Virus record (IMG/VR): IMGVR_UViG_3300028025_004073
Direction: 5' to 3' (one strand)
From: an uncultured virus (IMG/VR IMGVR_UViG_3300028025_004073)
Taxonomy: Duplodnaviria > Heunggongvirae > Uroviricota > Caudoviricetes
Length of the DNA: 25,776 bases
Below, in pieces: positions 24,095 through 25,776 of the stretch. Each line of letters starts with the position of its first letter. Within the stretch, counting starts at the first letter, position 1. Position numbers and translations under genes: made by a program. Below the pieces are notes generated by a model that had not been told where the DNA came from, did no database searches, and saw only the letters and a list, made by a program, of their open reading frames with translations.

Positions 24095-24433
24095 ATGGCA
24101 TACGAAAACATCAAGCCTTTGGGAGAAAATTGGGTGAATACCACAATCTCCGAAGGAACACTCCGCACTGAGGATTTGGCAAAAGCCTTTCTCAAAGTGA
24201 TCGGGGAACACGACCAAAAAATCAAAGATGCAATCCTTGACGAATGGACTGACGTTCTGTTTGCAATGATTGATCCAAAAGCAACACGTGACGAGGAACA
24301 AGAAATGTACCTTGTTGAGCACCTATGCAACGTCATGGATGCAATCGCACCAGAAGGTTGCATTTTTGGCGCACTGGAACATGACGGTGCTTGCTTTGGT
24401 TTCTGGGCTATGGAGGAAGTATGGGAGCGATAA
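24095..24433 (+). CDS. Hypothetical acidic phage protein (112 aa; start revised from 24071)
   Basis: AAAGGAG RBS; GTLRTEDL...APEGCIFG...DGACFGFW; function unknown. Confidence 0.75.
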   Translation: MAYENIKPLGENWVNTTISEGTLRTEDLAKAFLKVIGEHDQKIKDAILDEWTDVLFAMIDPKATRDEEQEMYLVEHLCNVMDAIAPEGCIFGALEHDGACFGFWAMEEVWER

Positions 24434-24744
24434 ATTACGAGGAGCGTTACATCCCAGAAGAAATTCGCAAGCCGCTTGTATTGCGTGAACCAATGACGTG
24501 GATGCAACATGGTACTTGCAAGAATGCACCACCAGATCAATTCTTTCCAGATCGCACGATGGGAAAAACTGATTACAAAAAAGTGATTGCAGAATATTGC
24601 AATGTATGCCCCGTAAAAGAAAGTTGTCTCAATTTTGCCATTGACAACTTTGAACTTGGTATCTGGGGTGGTACAACCACAAAAGGTCGTGTTGCAATTA
24701 GAGCAAAAATGGTGGAAGAAAGAAAAGCACAATGTCAGCAGTAG
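24421..24744 (+). CDS. whiB: WhiB family transcription factor (second copy)
   Basis: GGAGG RBS; W...TC...DQFFP...CNVCPVKESC...LGIWGGTT. Confidence 0.92.
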   Translation: MGAINYEERYIPEEIRKPLVLREPMTWMQHGTCKNAPPDQFFPDRTMGKTDYKKVIAEYCNVCPVKESCLNFAIDNFELGIWGGTTTKGRVAIRAKMVEERKAQCQQ

Positions 24745-25166
24745 TTCTTACATGGAAAGACACTGTTACCAACAAAAAGTATTTTGTATCCATTGAGTTC
24801 AATACCATTGATGGTGAAAATCGTTTTGTTGGATACGGAGTTTCATCTGTTGATGATTCTCAAATAACAGTTGAATTGACTCGCCGCATACCACTTATGA
24901 AGTTGGCAAAAGAAGCAACAGTGCGAGCATTTCCAAAACCAAAGTTCAACGCAACGCTCACTGGAGCACAACGGGGATCGACATTGCCCGATGATCTTTT
25001 GGAAGAAGTTGCAACCATTTACAAGGATGCAGTCAATTACAAAGTGTCACCGATTGAGGCTGTCGCAAAAGCGTTCAACATTTCAAAGTCCACGTCAGCC
25101 AAACGTGTGATGCTGGCTCGCAAGCATGGGTATCTAGGAAAAGCCACACGTGGCAAGGCTGGATAA
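24732..25166 (+). CDS. HTH DNA-binding protein
   Basis: C-terminal PIEAVAKAFNISKSTSAKRVMLARKHGYL helix-turn-helix pattern. Confidence 0.7.
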   Translation: MSAVVLTWKDTVTNKKYFVSIEFNTIDGENRFVGYGVSSVDDSQITVELTRRIPLMKLAKEATVRAFPKPKFNATLTGAQRGSTLPDDLLEEVATIYKDAVNYKVSPIEAVAKAFNISKSTSAKRVMLARKHGYLGKATRGKAG

Positions 25167-25183
25167 AAAGTTTGAAATGGTGG

Positions 25184-25212
25184 TTGCTATTCCACTCAAA
25201 TGTCTGTACTGT
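25184..25212 (+). promoter_or_regulatory. Probable housekeeping-sigma promoter
   Basis: TTGCTA, 17-nt spacer, TACTGT; intergenic; followed by AAAGGAG and ATG 25242. Confidence 0.55.
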
Positions 25213-25241
25213 TCCATACACGAACAACCAAAGGAGAAGAC

Positions 25242-25472
25242 ATGAAAGTAAGCAAGGTCATTGAGTTACTTAGCGAACTCAACCCAGATGAAGAGATTGC
25301 GTGTTCATGGTGGGAACGCAACTTGTTCACAGACACAGACGATGTAATCGTTTCAGAAGACAAGTGGAACAAAGCAGTAGACGAGTTTGACGCTGAAGGT
25401 GGATACGACAGCGTGAACGAACAAGTGTGGATGAATCTCAACTACGCAATCACAGGGGAAGGTGAGTTCTAA
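25242..25472 (+). CDS. Hypothetical acidic protein (76 aa; start revised from 25200)
   Basis: AAAGGAG RBS; starts MKVSKVIELLSELNPD. Confidence 0.75.
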   Translation: MKVSKVIELLSELNPDEEIACSWWERNLFTDTDDVIVSEDKWNKAVDEFDAEGGYDSVNEQVWMNLNYAITGEGEF

Positions 25473-25645
25473 TGAAACTCCAGAAGTACCGAGTCACTTA
25501 CACATACATTCGCACAGATGTATATGAGATTGAAGCAGATAGCCCACACACAGCAGAAGAACACGCATCTGACAAAGGTAAGTTCATTTTTGAACACGCC
25601 GAATTACAGAACGTGGAAGCAGTTGAAGAAGGAGGAAATCTGTAA
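25472..25645 (+). CDS. 57-aa hypothetical protein (not in the ORF track)
   Basis: MKLQKYRVTYTYIRTDVYEIEADSPHTAEE...; TAATG-coupled at both ends. Confidence 0.7.
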   Translation: MKLQKYRVTYTYIRTDVYEIEADSPHTAEEHASDKGKFIFEHAELQNVEAVEEGGNL

Positions 25646-25770
25646 TGTCAATTCTTGCAGATGTAACAATCACACTCCCAACAGAAACAATTTGGATGTG
25701 GATTGGTATCGCATACGGAGTAATTCAAACAACCATGTATTTCAAGTTCAAGGAGAAGCGCAATGGCTGA
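25645..25770 (+). CDS. 41-aa single-pass membrane protein (not in the ORF track)
   Basis: GGAGG upstream; MSILADVTITLPTETIWMWIGIAYGVIQTTMYFKFKEKRNG*; hydrophobic core then basic tail. Confidence 0.6.
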   Translation: MSILADVTITLPTETIWMWIGIAYGVIQTTMYFKFKEKRNG

Positions 25771-25776
25771 AGTAAC

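Noticed and set aside
24028..24732. 234-aa minus-strand ORF and the other minus-strand ORFs in the track
   Set aside because: They lie antisense to well-supported plus-strand genes and show no motifs; treated as shadow frames.
25518..25775. 85-aa plus-strand ORF in the track
   Set aside because: Two TAATG-coupled ORFs in other frames (25472-25645, 25645-25770) tile the region better.
1..25776. tRNA genes or stop-codon reassignment
   Set aside because: Intergenic gaps are short with no cloverleaf seen; conserved genes are full-length under the standard bacterial code and all three stop codons are used.

Overview
25.8 kb of a gene-dense, all plus-strand dsDNA tailed-phage genome. The host is probably an actinobacterium (two WhiB genes, TTG-N17-TANNNT promoters, a secreted SLT-type muralytic protein). 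Three blocks are visible. (1) 1-10.3 kb is a replication/recombination module: DnaB-like helicase end, primase, SNF2 helicase, MerR-like HTH, gp32-like SSB, family A DNA polymerase, RecA, a Cas4-like exonuclease and two other PD-(D/E)XK nucleases. (2) 10.3-19.4 kb is an island bracketed by spoVS-like and dps genes, holding about 20 tightly coupled ORFs for small or low-complexity proteins. They reuse short peptide motifs: five otherwise unrelated ORFs share a ~15-aa N-terminal leader (MP[RK]G[EQ][DN]TRxHPxRxV), two share TFGDQTNLGRGDFGGG, several start MA(A/K)KKK, and four Lys-rich micro-genes (two with CxxCGC) lead into dps. (3) 19.4-25.8 kb holds a Cys-rich / HAD-like / TGT-like trio, then small accessory genes (WhiB x2, SLT, nucleoside deoxyribosyltransferase-like, HTH). 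The shared-leader family is the best candidate for an undescribed system, possibly a capsid-targeting or cargo-addressing signal. All functional calls come from motif recognition by eye; no searches were run.
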